Virus record (IMG/VR): IMGVR_UViG_3300028283_000004
Source: an uncultured virus (IMG/VR IMGVR_UViG_3300028283_000004)
Taxonomy: Duplodnaviria; Heunggongvirae; Uroviricota; Caudoviricetes
Length of the DNA: 20,000 nucleotides
Direction: 5' to 3' (one strand)
The first letter of the stretch is position 1, and each line of letters begins with the position of its first letter. A model generated the notes under the pieces. The model searched no databases. It was not told the origin of the DNA and worked only from the letters and a program-made list of their open reading frames with translations. Shown piece by piece: positions 16,504 through 20,000 of the stretch. A program made the translations under genes and the position numbers.

Positions 16504-16534
16504 TTGTAAATATGTAAATTAATTGTTATATTTG
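16504..16534 (+). promoter_or_regulatory. Bacteroidota-type promoter TTG-N20-TATATTTG
   Basis: TTG at 16504-16506, a 20-nt spacer, and TATATTTG at 16527-16534, which ends 21 nt before the ATG at 16556. Confidence 0.7.
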
Positions 16535-16555
16535 TGGCTACATAATTATAACAAT

Positions 16556-17248
16556 ATGAAAGATAAGATAATAGTTGTTTTTTCTTCGCACTTAGGTGAT
16601 GAATATGACAATAAATTCATTAAGCATATTAGTGATACCATTGGAGTTAAGCATTCGGTAGATGCTTATCCTAACCTCAACCAATTTAGTTTACCTGAAG
16701 TCTATAATTTGGCAATAAAAGAAAATAATGCCAAAAATGTGATATTTGTGTTTTGTCATAATGACATTACAATTAAGACTCCTAATTGGGGAAGATTATT
16801 ACTTACAAAATTTAATAGTACTAATTATTCAATTATTGGTGTTGCTGGTACTACATACCTTAACGAAAATGGTGTTTGGTGGCATGACAGAACAACAATG
16901 CATGGCGTTGTTGAGCATACCGATGGAACAAACACATGGGTTAATGAATACTCAAAACCACGTGCTGGATATATTACACCCGTTGTACTAATTGATGGTT
17001 TATTTATGGCTGTTGATTGTAATAATATTGAAAATCAGTTTGACGAAGAATTTAAAGGATTTCATTTATACGATATTAGTTTTTGCACCCCAAATTATTT
17101 GGCAGGTGTTGAAATTGGTGTTACAACTGACATAAGAATATTGCACCAATCAATAGGTATGACTAATGACCAATGGGAATTAAATAGACAACAGTTTGCA
17201 GAAAAGTATAAGGAAGAATTACCAATTTCAATTAATGATTTTAATTAA
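16556..17248 (+). CDS. Glycosyltransferase family 2-like (Glyco_tranf_2_5 type)
   Basis: 'SLPEVYNLAI...VFCHNDI...IIGVAGT...VVLIDGLFMAV...FDEEFKGFHLYDISFC...ILHQSIG'. The start is moved from TTG 16523 (which overlaps the promoter) to ATG 16556. Confidence 0.85.
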   Translation: MKDKIIVVFSSHLGDEYDNKFIKHISDTIGVKHSVDAYPNLNQFSLPEVYNLAIKENNAKNVIFVFCHNDITIKTPNWGRLLLTKFNSTNYSIIGVAGTTYLNENGVWWHDRTTMHGVVEHTDGTNTWVNEYSKPRAGYITPVVLIDGLFMAVDCNNIENQFDEEFKGFHLYDISFCTPNYLAGVEIGVTTDIRILHQSIGMTNDQWELNRQQFAEKYKEELPISINDFN

Positions 17249-17256
17249 AAATATTT

Positions 17257-17889
17257 ATGATTAGAGTAGATAAAATAGATGGTGGATTACCAATAAGTGT
17301 AATAATTCCATTAAGTAAGAATAGAAGAGACTTTTTTGAAACCATGACATTACCTTTGATTGAGGCAAATAATGTTAATGAGATTATTATTAATGATGAT
17401 GATGGTCGTGCACCTAAAAAAAGGAACAATGGATTTAAAAAATCAACACAACCATTCATTTTCTTTTGTGATGATGATATTTTACTTCCATCAGATTATA
17501 TTGAATCTTTATATAACACATTAATAAAGAATCCTGAAGTTGATTTTGCTTATACTGGCTATCATGGAATTGTGTTGCACCCAGAATCACACCCAATAGG
17601 AGGTAATTTTCAAATACCGAACATTGAATTTAGTTTAAATGCACTTAAAAGGGGAAATTATATCTCAACAATGACATTAATGCGCAGGGAAGTGTTCCCA
17701 ATGTTTGATGAAAATTTAAAAAGATTGCAAGATTGGGATATGTGGTTAACTATCTGTAAAAACGGTGGTAAAGGTATTTTAGTACCAAATTTAACCTTCT
17801 ATGCGTTTTACCTTGATTCAGGTATTACATCTAATGATAATAGTGAAATTGATGCTCTAAATGCAATAAGAATTAAACATCAGATTTAA
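17257..17889 (+). CDS. Glycosyltransferase family 2
   Basis: 'ISVIIP', 'RNNGFKKS', 'FFCDDDI' (DxD) and 'FDENLKRLQDWDMWL'. Confidence 0.9.
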   Translation: MIRVDKIDGGLPISVIIPLSKNRRDFFETMTLPLIEANNVNEIIINDDDGRAPKKRNNGFKKSTQPFIFFCDDDILLPSDYIESLYNTLIKNPEVDFAYTGYHGIVLHPESHPIGGNFQIPNIEFSLNALKRGNYISTMTLMRREVFPMFDENLKRLQDWDMWLTICKNGGKGILVPNLTFYAFYLDSGITSNDNSEIDALNAIRIKHQI

Positions 17890-17900
17890 GTATTTATGTC

Positions 17901-19094
17901 ATGAGGAAAAATTTTGATAACAAAGAGATTGTAAAAAAAAATATTGAAGATAGACATAATAACGTACTTTTTTTAAATGGAAAAATTAATCAAATGAGTG
18001 AAAGAGATTTAAGAAGAGTTAATTCTAATGATATTGTTAAAAGCCCAATTAATAATGTTGTTGAAAATTTCTCCAGTGATATTAAGAAAAAAGTGGTTGT
18101 TGAAGTTCCATTTAATGATAGTACGTCTGGTGGGGTTAATCGTATGTTAAACATTGCAATTGAATTACCTAAATATAGCTCAACTAGTGGTGGTGTAAGA
18201 GAAAGCATAAAATTATCTAACATTATTCAACATAATGTGGTAGTTCGTTTTCAAAAGCTCACTAATGAATATCCCCAAATATTAAACACTTGGACTGTTG
18301 GGTTACCAGATCACACTTTCCCTTCTTGCGATGTTTGTATCACATATTCAGATACACCATATTTATCTGAGTTAATTGCACTTCCACAAGTTAAAAAGGT
18401 TTTAATATATATGTTGTCATATGGAATGGCAATAGGACGAGAACGCAAAAATGTTTTAAATAAAAATGTTACGGTTATGTGTTCCACAAAAAAAATTGAA
18501 GACGCAATATTGTTAGAAGGTGTTAAGGTTCATCGAATAGGATTTGCTTTAGATATGGATGAAATGTATAATGAGAATTTGTCTCGTAAGAATTATTTAG
18601 CAATAATGTATCACCCAAGCCAAGACAAAAAATATTCTACGGCAGTATCTGTTGCGGATATTTTATATAAAAATAAAATAATTGATGGTGTTATTACGTT
18701 TGGGGTAAATGACTCATATAAAAACAATACTCACCCTAAAGGTCTTATTAAACATTACCCAAATGCAAATAGAGACGAAATTCGGGAAATTTTTAATACG
18801 TGTAAATGCTTTTTAATGCCTTCAATAACAGAAGGTCTTAATCTCACACCAATTGAATCTACGCTATGTGGATGTCCAGCTATTTTATGTGATGGGGCTA
18901 TTGATGAAATTTTCTTTAATAGAAAGAATTGTTTTGTTGTAAAAAGTGAAGATAAAAATGATATGATGAAAAAGGTTGAAGATGCAATAGTCAATTTTGA
19001 TATTTTTTCTGAATTTTTTGAGAATAACATGTTAAAAATTACTAAAGAATATACGTGGGAAAACGTTATTAATAATTTAAATAAACTGTTATGA
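17901..19094 (+). CDS. Glycosyltransferase family 4-like (GT-B)
   Basis: N-terminal 'SGGV' loop and C-terminal 'FLMPSITEGLNLTPIESTLCGCP' (E-x7-E motif), ending 'YTWENV'. The true start may be internal (e.g. ATG 18144). Confidence 0.85.
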   Translation: MRKNFDNKEIVKKNIEDRHNNVLFLNGKINQMSERDLRRVNSNDIVKSPINNVVENFSSDIKKKVVVEVPFNDSTSGGVNRMLNIAIELPKYSSTSGGVRESIKLSNIIQHNVVVRFQKLTNEYPQILNTWTVGLPDHTFPSCDVCITYSDTPYLSELIALPQVKKVLIYMLSYGMAIGRERKNVLNKNVTVMCSTKKIEDAILLEGVKVHRIGFALDMDEMYNENLSRKNYLAIMYHPSQDKKYSTAVSVADILYKNKIIDGVITFGVNDSYKNNTHPKGLIKHYPNANRDEIREIFNTCKCFLMPSITEGLNLTPIESTLCGCPAILCDGAIDEIFFNRKNCFVVKSEDKNDMMKKVEDAIVNFDIFSEFFENNMLKITKEYTWENVINNLNKLL

Positions 19095-19723
19095 TAGATT
19101 TTATTGATTTAGGATGTGGAATCGGTGGCTCGATTGACTGGGTTCGAAATAGATTTGGGTGTGAAACATATCTGGGTATTGACAGTAGAATTTCTGATGT
19201 TCGAACAGGAATAAATAATGGTTATAACATTATATTGGGAGACGTTACTAATGATGATATTATATTTCCAGAATCTAGATTTATAACAATGCTTCATTTT
19301 TTAGAGCATCTAAAAGACGAAGAGGCTGTTGAAAAAGTAATAAAAAAATCAATAGAATCTGCAACTGAATTTATTTTCATAAAAGGTCCTTATTTTGATA
19401 GTAAAGATTATTTAAAACAATTTGATCTAAAATTAACTTGGACTGATTGGTTGGGACACACAACAGACGTTACTAAAAATTCGTTAGAAAAAATTATAAA
19501 TAAATTTGGGTTGGAATTTAAAATAGGGTTTCAATATTCAATTTTAAACTCAGATTCAAATGAAATAATACCAATTTCATCACCAATTAATACAATTGTA
19601 TATGATGAATTATTGGGCGTTAAAAAATATGTGGAATTCGAAGGTGTTTATAGAGAAATATATTGTTTTATAAATATCAACTGTCCAAATTGGAGTGAAA
19701 TAATAAACACAAAAATAATATGA
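19091..19723 (+). CDS. Class I SAM-dependent methyltransferase
   Basis: Motif I 'FIDLGCGIG', plus 'YLGID', 'GDV' and 'HFLEHL'. ATGA overlap with the upstream gene. Confidence 0.85.
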   Translation: MIDFIDLGCGIGGSIDWVRNRFGCETYLGIDSRISDVRTGINNGYNIILGDVTNDDIIFPESRFITMLHFLEHLKDEEAVEKVIKKSIESATEFIFIKGPYFDSKDYLKQFDLKLTWTDWLGHTTDVTKNSLEKIINKFGLEFKIGFQYSILNSDSNEIIPISSPINTIVYDELLGVKKYVEFEGVYREIYCFININCPNWSEIINTKII

Positions 19724-20000
19724 AAGAAATAATTAAATTACCTGTTGAGCATTATTTACAATTAATAAAAGATAATAAACCATTTTCATTTTCAAGATTT
19801 GGAGATGGTGAAGCATTATGTATCAATAATCCCGATTTTTTTAAAACACAAAAAACATATCCATATCGTTCGTGGATTTTAACCTGTGGCGATCAATTAC
19901 TGAAAATTTTAATTAATAACCATGATTACTATCATTGTTTTTTATACGGTACGTTTTGGGAGAGAGGACCGCATAGGGGAAACGATTTTATAAAAATTTT
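19720..20000 (+). CDS. GT-D fold (DUF1792-like) glycosyltransferase, partial
   Basis: Read manually: MKEIIKLPVEHYLQLIKDNKPFSFSRFGDGEALCINN..., open to the window end. 'RFGDGE' is the signature of GT-D/DUF1792 proteins. ATGA overlap with the methyltransferase gene. Confidence 0.7.
   Translation, partial: MKEIIKLPVEHYLQLIKDNKPFSFSRFGDGEALCINNPDFFKTQKTYPYRSWILTCGDQLLKILINNHDYYHCFLYGTFWERGPHRGNDFIKI

Larger units (their letters stand above)
16239..16511 (+). repeat. 17-bp exact direct repeat AAATAATCCTTGTAAAT (16239-16255 and 16495-16511)
   Basis: Read directly. Each copy contains the -33 TTG of a promoter and sits at the stop of the preceding gene. Confidence 0.8.

Noticed and set aside
16523..16555. 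TTG start and N-terminal extension MLYLWLHNYNN of the first right-hand glycosyltransferase
   Set aside because: It overlaps the TATATTTG -7 promoter element. ATG 16556 is the more plausible start.
460..19297. Antisense or nested ORFs in the track (460-783, 2981-3163, 3655-3921, 4504-4692, 4875-5060, 5576-5974, 5802-6032, 6564-6866, 8956-9231, 10884-11555, 13957-14151, 14308-14535, 16746-16991, 17241-17459, 17990-18223, 18755-19030, 19109-19297)
   Set aside because: All lie almost wholly within longer genes that have recognisable motifs or clear operon context. Most have the F/L/S/I-rich composition of shadow frames. The 223-aa one mirrors the Gly/Ala codons of the tape measure gene.

Overview
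AT-rich, gene-dense fragment of a large tailed dsDNA phage (myovirus-like, T4-type/contractile tail), most likely infecting a Bacteroidota host. The host call rests on TTG-N19/20-TAnnTTTG promoters and AT-rich start regions without Shine-Dalgarno sites. Two divergent blocks meet at about 8287-8425. The leftward block carries PhoH, a degenerate HAD/5'-nucleotidase-like protein, GT-B and GT-A glycosyltransferases, a gp55-like sigma factor, several hypothetical proteins, a Gp5/GpV-type spike and the start of a probable exonuclease. The rightward block carries a gp26-like tail/baseplate chaperone linked to a gp51-like ORF by a predicted -1 frameshift, a tape measure protein and a ~500 bp intergenic region containing a structured GC-richer island between convergent promoter motifs. 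It continues with a 1087-aa tail-tube-initiator-like protein with an inserted OmpA-like domain, a LysM/gpX-like baseplate protein, a repeat-flanked mini gene, and a cluster of glycosyltransferases plus a methyltransferase. All protein family calls come from motif recognition by eye; no database searches were run.
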